Positions 1-17,080 of a DNA stretch of 64,000 nucleotides are shown in pieces; within the stretch, counting starts at the first letter, position 1, and every line of letters starts with the position of its first letter. The translations under genes were made by a program, and so were the position numbers. The notes under the pieces were generated by a model, which had not been told where the DNA came from, did not search any database, and was given only the letters and a program-made list of their open reading frames with translations. This stretch comes from an uncultured Actinomycetota bacterium (GTDB lineage Bacteria; Actinomycetota; Actinomycetes; JAFAQI01), in assembly GCA_963770565.1 (NCBI GenBank), contig CAVYQE010000001.1:1440001-1504000 (forward strand), written 5' to 3'.

Positions 1-1479
1 GGTCGCTGGACCGAGTACGGCGACACCCTGTTCCGCCTGCAGGACCGCAAGGGCGCCGACCATCTGCTCGGCCCGACCCACGAGGAGCTGTTCACCCTGC
101 TCGTGAAGGGCGAGCTGGCGTCGTACCGGGACTATCCGCTCACGCTGTTCCAGATCCAGAACAAGTACCGCGACGAGGCCCGCCCGCGTGCGGGCCTGCT
201 GCGCGGCCGCGAGTTCGTGATGAAGGACTCCTACTCCTTCGACCTCGACGACGCCGGCCTGCAGGCTTCCTACGACGCGCACCGCGCGACCTACCAGCGG
301 ATCTTCGACCGGCTCGGTCTCGACTACCGGATCGCGTTCGCCACCTCAGGCGCGATGGGCGGCTCGGCGAGCGAGGAGTTCCTCGCTCCCGCCGAGTACG
401 GCGAGGACACGTTCGTACAGTGCGAGAACTGCGACTACACCGCCAACACCGAAGCGGTGGAGATCGCAGTGCCCGACAAGGACGACCCGTCCCGGCATCC
501 CGCAAGCGTCGTGCTCGACACTCCGGACACCCCCACGATCGACACCCTGGTCGAGCGGCTCAACACCCTCGACCTCGGCCGGGAGTTCGGCGCCGCGGAC
601 ACGTTGAAGAACGTCGTGCTCAAGGCCCGAATGCCCGGGCAGGACTGGGAGCTGTTGATCGTCGGAGTTCCCGGCGACCGCGAGGTCGACCTGAAGCGGA
701 TCGGTGGCCAGCTCGAGCCGGTCGAGGTCGACGTCGCCGACAAGACCGACTTCGAGCGGCACCCCGAGCTGACCCAGGGCTACATCGGGCCGCAGCGGCT
801 GGCCGACTGGGGGATCCGCTACGTCGTCGACCCGGTCGTCGTACCGGGGAGTGCCTGGGTGACCGGCGCGAACGAGCCCGGCAAGCACGCCGCGTTCGTC
901 GTCCGCGGTCGCGACTTCGAGCCGGCCGGCGAGCTCGGCGCGGTCGAGATCCGCGACGGCGACCGGTGCGCCCGCTGCGGCGGCATCTTGCAGATCGCCC
1001 GGGGGATCGAGATCGGGCACATCTTCCAGCTCGGCCGCAAGTACGCCGACACCTTTTCGCTCGACGCGCAGGGGCCGGACGGCGAGGCGATCCGGATCAC
1101 GATGGGCTCTTACGGCATCGGGGTCTCGCGCGCGGTCGCCGCGGTCGCCGAGCAGACCCTCGACGGTTCCGGGCTGTGCTGGCCGCCATCGATCGCCCCG
1201 TACGACGTCCACATCGTCCCGGTCGGCCGCGGCAGCGAGCAGCTGGACGCTGCGAGCGACCTTGCCGACGAGCTGGAGGCCGCCGGCCACAAGATCCTCC
1301 TCGACGACCGCGACAGCTCGGCCGGGGAGAAGTTCGCCGACGCCGACCTGATCGGTGTCCCCACGATCGTGATCGTCGGCAAGGGCCTGGCCGAGGGAAA
1401 CGTGGAGGTCAAGGACCGGCGAAGCGGCGAGCGCCAGGTGGTCGCCCTCGACTCCGTCATCGGCGTGCTCGCTTCGTGA
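1..1479 (+). CDS. proS: Proline--tRNA ligase (5'-truncated by window edge)
   Basis: Frame open from base 1 (GRWTEYG..LGPTHEE); [28 protein letters not shown] editing domain, [21 protein letters not shown], anticodon domain [11 protein letters not shown]. Confidence 0.97.
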   Translation, partial: GRWTEYGDTLFRLQDRKGADHLLGPTHEELFTLLVKGELASYRDYPLTLFQIQNKYRDEARPRAGLLRGREFVMKDSYSFDLDDAGLQASYDAHRATYQRIFDRLGLDYRIAFATSGAMGGSASEEFLAPAEYGEDTFVQCENCDYTANTEAVEIAVPDKDDPSRHPASVVLDTPDTPTIDTLVERLNTLDLGREFGAADTLKNVVLKARMPGQDWELLIVGVPGDREVDLKRIGGQLEPVEVDVADKTDFERHPELTQGYIGPQRLADWGIRYVVDPVVVPGSAWVTGANEPGKHAAFVVRGRDFEPAGELGAVEIRDGDRCARCGGILQIARGIEIGHIFQLGRKYADTFSLDAQGPDGEAIRITMGSYGIGVSRAVAAVAEQTLDGSGLCWPPSIAPYDVHIVPVGRGSEQLDAASDLADELEAAGHKILLDDRDSSAGEKFADADLIGVPTIVIVGKGLAEGNVEVKDRRSGERQVVALDSVIGVLAS

Positions 1480-2174
1480 TCGACGCCGTCTTGTTCGACT
1501 GGGGTGGCACGATCACGCCGTTCCACGACATCGACCTGCCCGAGCTGTGGACCGCCGCGGCCGAGCTGCTGGCCCCCGACCGGGTCGATGAGGTCGCGGC
1601 CGCGCTGGCCGCGATCGAGGAGCAGTGCTGGGAGCGCACCGGCGACACGATGGCGAGCTTCACCACCGCGGAGCTGCTGCGGATCGCGACCGTTGAGCTC
1701 GGCCTCGATGTCGAGGACGCCGTGCACGACATGGCGAGGGACGCCTATCGCGGCGGCTGGGCGCCCCACCTAGTGTCCCGGCCCGGCGCGGCCGAGGTGC
1801 TCCGCGGGGTCAAGGAGCGCGGGCTGCGTACCGGTCTGCTCTCGAACACGCACTGGCCGCGGGACTGGCACGAAGATGCGCTCGCCGCGGACGGGTTGCT
1901 GGAGTTTCTCGACGCGCGGGTCTACACCAGCGAGATCCCGCACCTCAAGCCACACCCAGAGGCGTTCGCGGCGGTCATGGACGCGGTCGGCACCACTGCC
2001 GAGCGAGCCGTGTTCGTCGGCGACCGGCTCTACGACGACATCAGCGGAGCCAACGCGCTCGGGATGCGGGCGGTGTGGATCCGCAACGACAAGGTGCCGG
2101 CGTACGTCGTCGAGCCGGATGCGGTGATCGAGGAGCTCGACGAGCTGCTCGACGTCATCGACGCCTGGCGCTAG
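1476..2174 (+). CDS. HAD-family hydrolase
   Basis: GTG overlaps proS stop; AVLFDWGGT (motif I variant), [25 protein letters not shown]. Confidence 0.85.
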   Translation: MIDAVLFDWGGTITPFHDIDLPELWTAAAELLAPDRVDEVAAALAAIEEQCWERTGDTMASFTTAELLRIATVELGLDVEDAVHDMARDAYRGGWAPHLVSRPGAAEVLRGVKERGLRTGLLSNTHWPRDWHEDALAADGLLEFLDARVYTSEIPHLKPHPEAFAAVMDAVGTTAERAVFVGDRLYDDISGANALGMRAVWIRNDKVPAYVVEPDAVIEELDELLDVIDAWR

Positions 2175-2180
2175 CCGGAA

Positions 2181-2594
2181 TCAGGCCGGCTGGCCGGGCA
2201 GGGCCTGGGTGCCGCCCCAGTGGGTCGCCCGCACCGCCGCCTCGGCGAGCCAGCCGATGCCCAGTGACCGCACCGACGTCGAGGTCGCGCTCGCCGCGAT
2301 CAGGTCCCAGGCCGCGCCGGCGCACCCCTGCTCGAGCTGGGCGGCGAGCCGGCCTGCGCTCGCGGCGTCGGTGACCGGGAACGGCAACCGGTACGCCGGC
2401 CGGGCGACCACCGGGGTGGCACCGAGCGAGCCGACCAACTCGATCAAGCGGTCGCGCGTGACCATGTGGGCCGCCAGGGCGGCGGTCGCGTAGCGCTGAT
2501 CCGCACCGGTGAGCCGGGCCCCCACGACCCCGTAGCCGTAGACGGTCGCGTTCTCGGCGGCCAGCGCGGCCTGGAGCGCCTTGACAACGGTCAC
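2181..2594 (-). CDS. Ferritin-like domain protein (DUF4439-like)
   Basis: ALQAALAAENATVYGYGVVGA...AYRLPFPV...ALPG; typical gene upstream of rimP in actinobacteria. Confidence 0.75.
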   Translation of the reverse strand: MTVVKALQAALAAENATVYGYGVVGARLTGADQRYATAALAAHMVTRDRLIELVGSLGATPVVARPAYRLPFPVTDAASAGRLAAQLEQGCAGAAWDLIAASATSTSVRSLGIGWLAEAAVRATHWGGTQALPGQPA

Positions 2595-3034
2595 TGCAGG
2601 CTGGCCTCGTGCGAGGCCGCGATGCTCGCGAACAGCGCGGCGTTCGTCCCGTTCACCGCGGCGAGCGAGAACCCGCGAAGGGTGGCCACCGAGCCGTGCA
2701 GGGCCCGCCGCAGGTTGGTCACGACCGCGATGTCGGCGACGTCGGGGGCGTTCAGGTCGGCCGACTTGAGCGCCGCGAGATGGGTGGCGTGCACGGCCCG
2801 GGCGACCTGCAGGATGGCCCGGTGGCGGGCCGTGGCGTGCGCGATCTTCGCGTCGTACGACGCGAGGAGCAGTGACTCGAGGTTGCGGGCGGAGATCAGC
2901 GCCGCAGCGTCGGGAGCGACCACCGGGGCGGGTGGGGTGGGCCGACGATGCTTGCCGCAACCGGCCACCGTGACCAGCGCGCCGGCCAGCAGTGCCCGCC
3001 TGGAGATCGCGCGCCCGGAGATTTGCACTGTCAC
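2591..3034 (-). CDS. Putative Tat-exported lipoprotein
   Basis: SRRALL twin-arginine motif, VAGC lipobox, C-terminal ASIAASHEA; overlaps downstream gene by 4 nt; start uncertain. Confidence 0.6.
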   Translation of the reverse strand: MTVQISGRAISRRALLAGALVTVAGCGKHRRPTPPAPVVAPDAAALISARNLESLLLASYDAKIAHATARHRAILQVARAVHATHLAALKSADLNAPDVADIAVVTNLRRALHGSVATLRGFSLAAVNGTNAALFASIAASHEASLQ

Positions 3035-3076
3035 GAGTGTGCCATCACGGCTGTCCTGGTCGGTACGGTGTGCCGC

Positions 3077-3535
3077 ATGGCCGTGCTCTCGCAATCCCGA
3101 CTGCGCGAGCTGCTCGAGCCGGCCGTGACCGGGGCGGGCTACGACCTCGAGTCCGTCACGGTGACGAGTGCCGGCCGCCGCAGCGTGGTTCGGGTCGTGG
3201 TCGATCGCGACGGCGGGGTCGATCTCGACGCGGTCGCCGAGGTCTCGCGGGCGGTGTCCGCGGTGCTCGATGCCGCGGGCGAGCTGGGGGAGTCGCCGTA
3301 CGTCCTCGAAGTCACCTCTCCCGGCGTCGACCGGCCGCTGACCGAACCCCGGCACTGGCGCCGCAACAAGGGCCGGCTGGTCCAGGTCGGCGAGTTGACC
3401 GGAAGGATCCGGGAGGTCACCGATCAGGCGGTGTCCATCGAGGTCGACGGAGTCGAACGAGACATCGAGTTCCGCGACCGCCCGGAGGGCCGAGTCATTG
3501 TCGAGTTCACGCACAGCGAGGAGTGGTCGCCGTGA
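3077..3535 (+). CDS. rimP: Ribosome maturation factor RimP
   Basis: [14 protein letters not shown] motif; directly upstream of nusA. Confidence 0.95.
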   Translation: MAVLSQSRLRELLEPAVTGAGYDLESVTVTSAGRRSVVRVVVDRDGGVDLDAVAEVSRAVSAVLDAAGELGESPYVLEVTSPGVDRPLTEPRHWRRNKGRLVQVGELTGRIREVTDQAVSIEVDGVERDIEFRDRPEGRVIVEFTHSEEWSP

Positions 3536-4515
3536 ACATCGACGTCACCGCGTTGCGCGGGCTGGTCCGGGAGAAGGATGTCTCCTTCGACACCGTGGTG
3601 GAGGCGATCGAGTCGGCGTTGCTGGCCGCCTACCACCGCACCGAGGGCGCGCACGAGCGGGCGCGGGTGCAGCTCGACCGCAAGACCGGCGAGGTCACCG
3701 TCTGGGCCCAGGAGGTCGACGAGGCGGGCGAGGTGACCAGCGAGTCGGTCGACACCCCGAGCGACTTCGGCCGGATCGCGGCTATGACCGCCAAGCAGGT
3801 GATCATGTCGAGGCTTCGCGACGTCGCCCAGGAGACGACGTACGGCGAATACGCCGGCCGCGAGGGCGACCTGGTCAGCGGGCTGGTCCAGCACCACTCC
3901 GGGGTCCGGCCGGACGGCCCGGTCTTCGTCCACCTCGGTGACATCGAGGGCGTGCTCCCGCACGCCGAGCAGGTGCCGGGCGAGCGCTATGTCCACGGCG
4001 ATCGCCTGCGTTGCCTGGTGATCGGGGTGCACAAGGGCCCGCGAGGTGCCCAGGTCACCTTGTCGCGCAGCCACCCGAACCTGGTCCGCAAGCTGTTCGC
4101 GATGGAGGTGCCCGAGATTGCGGACGGCACGGTCGAGATCGCCGCGATCGCCCGGGAGGCCGGCCACCGGACGAAGGTCGCGGTTCGCTCGAACTCGCCC
4201 GACGTCCGGGCGCGCGGCGCGTGCATCGGGCCGATGGGCTCCCGGGTGCGGGCGGTCGTGACCGAGCTGCATGGGGAGAAGATCGACATCATCGACTGGG
4301 ATCCCGACCCGGCCACATTTGTCGGAAATGCACTCTCGCCGGCCCAGGTCACCAGCGTGACCGTGGTCGATCCGGTGGCCAAGGCGGCCCGGGTCGTGGT
4401 CCCCGACTTCCAGCTCTCGCTCGCGATCGGCAAGGAAGGCCAAAACGCCCGCCTGGCGAACCGGCTCACCGGCTGGCGGATCGACATCCACGCGGAGGAG
4501 ACCCCACCGGGCTAG
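3532..4515 (+). CDS. nusA: Transcription termination factor NusA
   Basis: [47 protein letters not shown]. Confidence 0.97.
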   Translation: MNIDVTALRGLVREKDVSFDTVVEAIESALLAAYHRTEGAHERARVQLDRKTGEVTVWAQEVDEAGEVTSESVDTPSDFGRIAAMTAKQVIMSRLRDVAQETTYGEYAGREGDLVSGLVQHHSGVRPDGPVFVHLGDIEGVLPHAEQVPGERYVHGDRLRCLVIGVHKGPRGAQVTLSRSHPNLVRKLFAMEVPEIADGTVEIAAIAREAGHRTKVAVRSNSPDVRARGACIGPMGSRVRAVVTELHGEKIDIIDWDPDPATFVGNALSPAQVTSVTVVDPVAKAARVVVPDFQLSLAIGKEGQNARLANRLTGWRIDIHAEETPPG

Positions 4516-4523
4516 ACTTCGGT

Positions 4524-4826
4524 GTGGCCAGCAGCGTCGAGCCGGTCCGCACATGTGTCGGGTGCCGGGTCCGCGCTGCCAAGCCGGACCTGTTGCGCGT
4601 CGTCGCGGTCGCGGGAGCCCTGCTCCCCGATCGGCGAGGGACCTCGAGTGGGCGTGGTGTGCACCTGCACCCCGACCCCGAGTGCCTCGCACTGGCGGAG
4701 CGTCGCCGGGCGTTCCACCGGGCTTTTCGCCTCGACGGGCCGCTGCGGACGGACGACCTGCTTGACTACCTCACGCAGCACCACCAAAAGAACGATCACC
4801 ACGAGCAGAGCGGAACCACCCCATGA
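4524..4826 (+). CDS. ylxR: YlxR family RNA-binding protein
   Basis: PVRTCVGCR...LLRVV...GRGVHL; located between nusA and infB. Confidence 0.85.
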   Translation: MASSVEPVRTCVGCRVRAAKPDLLRVVAVAGALLPDRRGTSSGRGVHLHPDPECLALAERRRAFHRAFRLDGPLRTDDLLDYLTQHHQKNDHHEQSGTTP

Positions 4827-4915
4827 GCGCTCGATGAGCCAGCACCGATGAGTACCGCCGTGCACTGACAACGGCTTGCGGGCAGACCGACCGCGGGCCA
4901 CCGAAGGAGAAGTTT

Positions 4916-7599
<2,684 letters not shown>

Positions 7600-7603
<4 letters not shown>

Positions 7604-8019
7604 GCCAGCTCGATGCCGCCCGGATCCGGAAGATGAGTGTCCGGGTGCGGGAGATCGTGGCCCACGTGGTCGAGCGTCAGATCAAGGACGACCGGCTGGG
7701 CATGGTCACGATCACCGACGTCCGGATGACGCCCGACTTGCACGAGGCGACCGTGTTTTGGACCGTCTGGGGTGACGACACGGCCCGGGCCGAGAGTGCG
7801 GCCGCGCTCGAGCGCGCGACCGGCGTGGTGCGAAGCGCGGTGGGCCGGGCCACCGGGCTCAAGCACACCCCGAGCATCACCTTCATCCTCGACGCGCTGC
7901 CGGACAACGCGGTGGCAATCGAAGCCGCGCTGGCCCGTGCCCGGGACGAGGACGAACGCGTCCACCGGGCCGCCGAGGGGGCACAACCAGCGGGCGAAGC
8001 GGATCCGTATAAGTCGTGA
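7600..8019 (+). CDS. rbfA: Ribosome-binding factor A
   Basis: [20 protein letters not shown]...TPSITF; follows infB. Confidence 0.93.
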
Positions 8020-8876
8020 CCGACGGAATCGTCGTCGTCGACAAGCCGTCCGGGTGGACCTCGCACGACGTGGTCGCCCGGCTGCGCCGGCTCGCCGGCA
8101 CCCGCCGGGTGGGCCACGCCGGCACGCTCGACCCGATGGCCACCGGCGTCCTGGTGGTCGGGATCGGCCAGGCGACCAGGCTGCTCGGCCACCTGGCACT
8201 GACCGACAAGGACTACGACGCAACCATTCGCCTCGGTGCTTCGACGACAACCGACGACGCCGAAGGCGAGATAACCGCCGAAGCCGAAGGCGAGGCCCTC
8301 ACTGAGATAACCGATGCTGCCATCGCAGCCGCGATCACCGGCCTGACCGGCGACATCGAGCAGGTCCCGAGCGCGGTCTCCGCGATCAAGGTCGACGGGG
8401 TCCGCGCTTACAAGCGGGCCCGGGCCGGCGAGACCGTCGAGCTGACGGCGCGCCGGGTCCGCATCGCGGCCTTCGACGTTCTCGCGCGGCGCGGGGCTGA
8501 CCTCGACGTGTATGTCTCCTGCTCGACCGGCACCTACATCCGGGCCCTTGCTCGCGACCTCGGCGTGGCGCTGGGGGTCGGCGCGCACCTGACCGCGCTG
8601 CGCCGGACCCGGGTCGGCGGTTTCACGATCGAGACGGCGCGGACCCTCGAACAACTCGAGGCGCGCCTCGACGTAGTGCCGCTCAGTGCGGCGGTCGCGG
8701 CCGCGTTCCCGCGGATCGACGTCACCGAGGAGGAGGCCCGCCGGATCGGCCAGGGCCAGCGGCTCGTGCTCGACCTGCCGGCCTCGCCGGCCGGCGTGTT
8801 CGACCCGGGCGGGCGGGTGGTCGCGCTGGTCGAGAACCGCGACGGCGTTGCCCAGCCGAAGTGCGTGTTCGCATGA
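8016..8876 (+). CDS. truB: tRNA pseudouridine(55) synthase
   Basis: DKPSGWTSHDVV, GHAGTLDPMATGVL, CSTGTYIRALARD. Confidence 0.97.
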   Translation: MTDGIVVVDKPSGWTSHDVVARLRRLAGTRRVGHAGTLDPMATGVLVVGIGQATRLLGHLALTDKDYDATIRLGASTTTDDAEGEITAEAEGEALTEITDAAIAAAITGLTGDIEQVPSAVSAIKVDGVRAYKRARAGETVELTARRVRIAAFDVLARRGADLDVYVSCSTGTYIRALARDLGVALGVGAHLTALRRTRVGGFTIETARTLEQLEARLDVVPLSAAVAAAFPRIDVTEEEARRIGQGQRLVLDLPASPAGVFDPGGRVVALVENRDGVAQPKCVFA

Positions 8877-9751
8877 CCGGCAGCGTCGTACCGATCGGGA
8901 TCTTCGACGGCGTCCACCGTGGCCACCAGATGGTGCTGGCCCGCGCGGTCGAGGCGGCTCGCGGCCACGAGGCAGAGGTGGTCGTCGTCACCTTCGACCC
9001 CCACCCGGTGGCGGTCCTTCGCCCCGACGCGATGCCGATGATGCTGACCACGATCGAGCGGCGGATTGCCCTGCTCGAGTCCTACGGCGCCGACCGCGTG
9101 GTGGTCTTGGCGTTCACGGAGGAGCTCTCGCACCAGACCGCGCAGGAGTTCGTCGAGCTGACCCTGCTCGAGCGGCTGCACGCGGTCGGGGTGGTGGTGG
9201 GCGCCAACTTCCGCTTCGGTCATGGGGCGGCCGGCGACGTCGCGCTCATGCGCAAGTACGGCCTCGAAGTCGACGACCTGCCGCTGCTCGACCTCGGCGA
9301 GGTAGTGACCTCGACCCGGATCCGCGCACAGGTCGCCGCCGGCGAGGTCGAGGCGGCGGCCGAGCTGCTCGGACGGTTGCACCTGGTCGAAGGCCCGGTG
9401 GTGCGGGGCGACGCCCGCGGCCGCTCGCTCGGCTTCCCCACTGCCAATGTGGCCGTCGCCGACGGCATCGCGATCCCGAGCGACGGGGTCTACGCCGGCT
9501 ACCTGGTCCGGGCCGACGGCCGGCGGTCCAAGGCCGCCGTCAGCGTGGGGACAAATCCGACCTTTAACGGCGAGGTCCGCCGGGTCGAGGCCTATGTGAT
9601 CGACGAAGGGCACGAGCTCGAGCTGTACGACGAGCACGTGGTCGTGGAGTTCGCCGAGCGGCTTCGCGGCATGGTGCGCTTCGACACCGTCGAGGCCCTG
9701 GTGGGCCAAATGACCGACGACGTCGCGCAAGCCCGTACTCGGCTACACTGA
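8873..9751 (+). CDS. ribF: Bifunctional riboflavin kinase/FAD synthetase
   Basis: GIFDGVHRGH, GANFRFG, TSTRIR, GFPTAN, VGTNPTF. Confidence 0.95.
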   Translation: MTGSVVPIGIFDGVHRGHQMVLARAVEAARGHEAEVVVVTFDPHPVAVLRPDAMPMMLTTIERRIALLESYGADRVVVLAFTEELSHQTAQEFVELTLLERLHAVGVVVGANFRFGHGAAGDVALMRKYGLEVDDLPLLDLGEVVTSTRIRAQVAAGEVEAAAELLGRLHLVEGPVVRGDARGRSLGFPTANVAVADGIAIPSDGVYAGYLVRADGRRSKAAVSVGTNPTFNGEVRRVEAYVIDEGHELELYDEHVVVEFAERLRGMVRFDTVEALVGQMTDDVAQARTRLH

Positions 9752-9818
9752 GACGGTCAGTCAATCGTCTGCCCCTGTGGTGTAACCCTGTGGGCTGATA
9801 GTGCCAGGAGACCCCCGC

Positions 9819-10088
9819 GTGCCGCTCGATGCCGCAACCAAGCAAAAGATCATGACCGAATACGCCACTGGCGACGGCGACACCGGATCCCCTGAGGTAC
9901 AGGTCGCGCTGCTCAGCCAGCGCATCTCCGACCTGACTGAACACATGAAGCAACACAAGCATGACTTCCACACCCAGCGTGGTCTGCTGCTGCTCGTCGG
10001 CCGTCGTCGGCGAATGCTGCGCTACCTGGAAAGCACGGACGTGGAGCGCTACCGCACCCTGATTGCACGACTTGGTCTTCGCCGGTAG
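9819..10088 (+). CDS. rpsO: 30S ribosomal protein S15
   Basis: [29 protein letters not shown]; AGGAG RBS before GTG. Confidence 0.97.
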   Translation: MPLDAATKQKIMTEYATGDGDTGSPEVQVALLSQRISDLTEHMKQHKHDFHTQRGLLLLVGRRRRMLRYLESTDVERYRTLIARLGLRR

Positions 10089-10128
10089 CGAGCCAGCCGA
10101 ACTACGCGCTGGCCTGACGTTGCGAGCG

Positions 10129-10184
10129 CCGGTCTTCGGTAGTGGTGTGCAGGACAAGACCTGCGCGCTTCGATCGATGACCGG
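10129..10184 (+). promoter_or_regulatory. rpsO-pnp intergenic stem-loop (probable RNase III processing hairpin)
   Basis: CCGGTCTTCGGT...ATCGATGACCGG arms pair with an inner GTGCAGG/CCTGCGC stem; an equivalent hairpin is known in Streptomyces rpsO-pnp. Confidence 0.6.
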
Positions 10185-10226
10185 TCCGCCCAACAGTCTG
10201 GCGCACTCTCCCGAATGGAGGTGCCC

Positions 10227-12449
10227 GTGACGGGCTCCGACGAATACAGTTCCGAAGCAATCCTCAAGAGCTCCCTCGGTGAGCGGACCATCCGGTTCGA
10301 AACCGGGCGGCTCGCCCAGCAGGCCGCGGGTTCCGTGGTCACCTTCCTCGACGACGACACCATGGTGTTGTCCGCGACGACCGCGTCGAAGAACCCGAAG
10401 GACAACCTCGACTTCTTCCCGCTCACCGTCGACGTCGAAGAGCGGCAGTACGCCGCCGGCAAGATCCCTGGCTCGTTCTTCCGCCGCGAGGGTCGCCCGA
10501 GCGAGGACGCGATCCTCACCTGCCGGCTCACCGACCGGCCGCTGCGCCCAAGCTTCGCCAAGGGCCTGCGCAACGAGATCCAGATCGTGTCCACGATCAT
10601 GGCGCTCGACCCCGACCACCTGTACGACGTGATCGCCATCAACGGCGCGGCCTGCAGCGTGCTGCTCGCCGGGCTGCCGTTCTCCGGCCCGGTGGCCGGC
10701 GTCCGGGTCGCGTTGATCGACGGCGAATGGGTGCCTTTCCCGTCGTACTCCGAGCTCGAGCGCGCGGTCTTCGACATGGTCGTCGCCGGCCGTGTGGTCG
10801 AGGGCGGCGACGTCGCGATCATGATGGTCGAGGCCGAAGCCACCGCGAAGACGATCGAGCTCATCGCGGGCGGCGCCCAGGCGCCGACCGAGGAGATCGT
10901 GGCGCAGGGGCTCGAGGCGGCGAAGCCGTTCCTCGCGCAGCTGTGCGAGGCCCAGCAGAAGCTCGCCGACGCGGCCGCCAAGCCGACCCGGGACTTCCCG
11001 GTCTTCCTCGACTATGCCGACGACGTTCTGGACGCGGTGACCGCCGCGGTCACCACTGAACTGGCGGCGGCGCTCACGATCGCCGACAAGCAGCAGCGCG
11101 AGACCGAGCTCGACCGGGTCAAGGACCTCGCGAAGGAACGCACCGCTGAGGCGTTCGAGGGCCGGGAGAAGGAGGTCAGTGCGGCCTACCGCTCGCTGAC
11201 CAAGAAGCTCGTCCGCCAGCGCGTCATCGCCGATGGCGTCCGCATCGACGGCCGGGGCGTTCGCGACATCCGGACCCTGTCCGCCGAGATCGACGTCGTA
11301 CCGCGGGTCCACGGCTCGAGCCTGTTCGAGCGCGGCGAGACCCAGATCCTCAACGTCGCCACCCTGAACATGCTCCGCATGGAGCAGATGGTCGACACCC
11401 TCTCGCCGGAGACCCGCAAGCGCTACATGCACCACTACAACTTCCCGCCCTACAGCACCGGTGAGACCGGCCGGGTGGGATCGCCGAAGCGGCGCGAGAT
11501 CGGCCACGGTGCGCTCGCCGAGCGGGCGCTCGTGCCGGTGCTGCCGAGCAAGGACGAGTTCCCGTACGCGATCCGCGCGGTGTCCGAGGCGTTGGGCTCC
11601 AACGGCTCGACGTCGATGGGCTCGGTCTGCGCATCGACGCTGTCGCTGATGGCCGCGGGCGTGCCGCTCAAGGCTGCGGTCGCGGGTATTGCGATGGGCC
11701 TTATCAACGAGGGCGAGGACTTCGTCACCCTCACCGACATCCTCGGTGCCGAGGACGCATTCGGCGATATGGACTTCAAGGTCGCCGGAACCCGCGACTT
11801 CGTGACCGCCCTGCAGCTCGACACCAAGCTGACCGGCATTCCCGCGTCGGTTCTCGGTGGTGCGCTGCAGCAGGCCCGCGACGCCCGGATGACGATCCTC
11901 GACGTGATGGCCGAGGCCATCGATGCGCCGGGCGAGATGTCGCCGTACGCGCCGCGGATCATCACCGAGAAGATCCCGGTCGACAAGATCGGCGAGATCA
12001 TCGGGCCCAAGGGCAAGATCATCAACCAGATCCAGGCCGACACCGGCGCGGACCTCACAGTCGAGGACGACGGCACGATCTACATCGCCGCGGTCGACGG
12101 GACCAAGGCCGAGGCCGCACTCCGTGCGGTCCGGTCGATCGTCTCGCCGCAGCTGCCCGAGGTCGGGGAGCGCTATCTCGGCACGGTCGTCAAGACCACG
12201 ACGTTCGGTGCCTTCATCTCGCTCACGCCCGGCAAGGACGGCTTGCTGCACATCTCGCAGATCCGCAAGATCGTCGGCGGCAAGCGGGTCGAGAACGTCG
12301 ACGACGTGCTGCCGGTCGGCAGCAAGGTACAGGTGCAGATCGGCGAGATCGACCCGAGAGGCAAGCTGTCGCTCGTGCCGGTCCTCGACGAAGCCGGCGA
12401 GGGCGGCGAGTCCGCGACCGAGGCCGCACCCGCCGACGACGAAGGCTGA
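10227..12449 (+). CDS. pnp: Polyribonucleotide nucleotidyltransferase (PNPase)
   Basis: [44 protein letters not shown] and S1 domains; GGAGG RBS before GTG. Confidence 0.98.
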   Translation: MTGSDEYSSEAILKSSLGERTIRFETGRLAQQAAGSVVTFLDDDTMVLSATTASKNPKDNLDFFPLTVDVEERQYAAGKIPGSFFRREGRPSEDAILTCRLTDRPLRPSFAKGLRNEIQIVSTIMALDPDHLYDVIAINGAACSVLLAGLPFSGPVAGVRVALIDGEWVPFPSYSELERAVFDMVVAGRVVEGGDVAIMMVEAEATAKTIELIAGGAQAPTEEIVAQGLEAAKPFLAQLCEAQQKLADAAAKPTRDFPVFLDYADDVLDAVTAAVTTELAAALTIADKQQRETELDRVKDLAKERTAEAFEGREKEVSAAYRSLTKKLVRQRVIADGVRIDGRGVRDIRTLSAEIDVVPRVHGSSLFERGETQILNVATLNMLRMEQMVDTLSPETRKRYMHHYNFPPYSTGETGRVGSPKRREIGHGALAERALVPVLPSKDEFPYAIRAVSEALGSNGSTSMGSVCASTLSLMAAGVPLKAAVAGIAMGLINEGEDFVTLTDILGAEDAFGDMDFKVAGTRDFVTALQLDTKLTGIPASVLGGALQQARDARMTILDVMAEAIDAPGEMSPYAPRIITEKIPVDKIGEIIGPKGKIINQIQADTGADLTVEDDGTIYIAAVDGTKAEAALRAVRSIVSPQLPEVGERYLGTVVKTTTFGAFISLTPGKDGLLHISQIRKIVGGKRVENVDDVLPVGSKVQVQIGEIDPRGKLSLVPVLDEAGEGGESATEAAPADDEG

Positions 12450-12452
12450 GCG

Positions 12453-15658
<3,206 letters not shown>

Positions 15659-15675
15659 CACCCTGACATCGTGTC

Positions 15676-17043
15676 CTAGGGGCCCAGACGATAATCGTGC
15701 GGCTCGATCCGGACGGTGAGTCCGGTGGGGCTTCGCCAGGTCACGACGCCTTGGTCGTCTTTGGTGTAGGCCCAGTCGCCGTGGGTCTTGGCGCGGTGCC
15801 AGCGGCGGTCGACCGGGGTGGCGTTTCGTTCGTTGGTCGGGCCGCCCTGGTCGTGTGGCGTGTTGTGTTCCATGTCCGCCAGCCGGGCGTCGATCTGGCT
15901 GTAGGGGGCGGCGGAGTGGACGTGTTTCGCGATCAGGTGGTCGGCGAGCGCGGGCGGGACGGGGTAGGTGGTTCGGCCGTAGTCGAGCAGGTGCCCGGTG
16001 AGCGGATCGGTGACGAGCCGGCGTAACGGGGCGCGGTCGGCGAGCAGCCAGGCTGCGGCTTGGGCGGGGATCGGGCCGATCCCGGGGATCTCGGCGGGGT
16101 GGTTGTTGAGGCCGAGCAGGGTGCGCAGTTCGATCACGACGTTGACGGTGGGGGTGCGGCCGTGCCGGGTCGGGACGCCGGGGCCGGCGAGCCAGGCCTC
16201 GGTCAGGTCGCGCAACCCCGCGAGCTTGCGCTGATCGACGGTGCCACCGAGCTCGTCCTTGGTCTTGGCGGCGTGCGCGGTCAGGGCCATGTGGATGCCG
16301 GTGGTGATCTCCAACGGCCCGCGCATGTACAGCTCGCCGGTGCCGTCGTCGAGCGCGGTGTGGCTGACCGTGACCCGCGCCCGGGCCGCTGTGGCGCGGG
16401 CGGTGAACGTCGGGTCGAGCGCGGCAACCGCCCGGCGGACCGAGGCTTTGAACTGGGCGGTGGACTGCAACCCGGCCCGGGGCAGCACCCGCGCCTGCAC
16501 CTCGCGGGTGATCTCGTCCGGGAGCATCACGGTCGCACCGTGCAGCACCCGGGCCTGGGCCAGGCTCAACGCCCCGGTGCGCATCGCGTCCCGGGACGCG
16601 CTGAGCCGGCCGGCCAGGTCCCGGGCGAGCGCGATTAGCCCGTCCGCGGCGTACACGCTCGACCGGGTCGCGACCGCCACCTCGCACGCAGCGAACCGCT
16701 CCTCCCCAGCCTCGGCGACCCGGGTCGGGGCCGGACCGGCGATCACCGCGGTCAGCTCGGCCCGGACCGACTCGACATACCCGGTCATCGCGGTCAACTC
16801 CCGCAACGCCACGCTGCGCGCGGTCTCGGAAAGCACCTGCGCCGGCACCACGGACAAAAACGCCAACGCGGCCGGACCCGGACCCGCCGCGACCGCCCGC
16901 TCCACCAGCCGGTCACACGAATCGGCGTAGTCCGCGCTCACCCCCGCGGGCAGCCCGTCGGCCGGTACCGGCGGCAGCTGTGCCCAGACCTCGTCGGGGA
17001 TCGGCTCCCAGTCCTCCGGGACCCCACCAAACCAATCGAACAT
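15676..17043 (-). CDS. DUF222 / HNH-endonuclease-like protein (13E12-repeat type)
   Basis: MFD start inside an SOS box; GIGPIPA, RLVTDPLTGHLLDYGRTTY, DMEH...GGPTNERN...HRAKTHGDW, WRSPTG. Confidence 0.82.
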   Translation of the reverse strand: MFDWFGGVPEDWEPIPDEVWAQLPPVPADGLPAGVSADYADSCDRLVERAVAAGPGPAALAFLSVVPAQVLSETARSVALRELTAMTGYVESVRAELTAVIAGPAPTRVAEAGEERFAACEVAVATRSSVYAADGLIALARDLAGRLSASRDAMRTGALSLAQARVLHGATVMLPDEITREVQARVLPRAGLQSTAQFKASVRRAVAALDPTFTARATAARARVTVSHTALDDGTGELYMRGPLEITTGIHMALTAHAAKTKDELGGTVDQRKLAGLRDLTEAWLAGPGVPTRHGRTPTVNVVIELRTLLGLNNHPAEIPGIGPIPAQAAAWLLADRAPLRRLVTDPLTGHLLDYGRTTYPVPPALADHLIAKHVHSAAPYSQIDARLADMEHNTPHDQGGPTNERNATPVDRRWHRAKTHGDWAYTKDDQGVVTWRSPTGLTVRIEPHDYRLGP

Positions 17044-17051
17044 ACGTTCGA
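17036..17051. promoter_or_regulatory. LexA (SOS) box overlapping the DUF222 start codon
   Basis: TCGAACATACGTTCGA matches the actinobacterial consensus TCGAAC-N4-GTTCGA exactly. Confidence 0.85.
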
Positions 17052-17072
17052 CTCTAGGTCACCCCGCCGACA
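17051..17072 (-). promoter_or_regulatory. PafBC-type (RecA-NDp) promoter of the DUF222 gene
   Basis: Minus strand TGTCGG-CGGGGTGACC-TAGAGT, then 7 nt to ATG (TGTCGG-N10-TANNNT, leaderless geometry). Confidence 0.72.
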
Positions 17073-17080
17073 ATTTCCCG
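17066..17080 (+). repeat. IS target-site duplication, left copy (15 bp)
   Basis: GCCGACAATTTCCCG, identical to 18518-18532. Confidence 0.88.
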
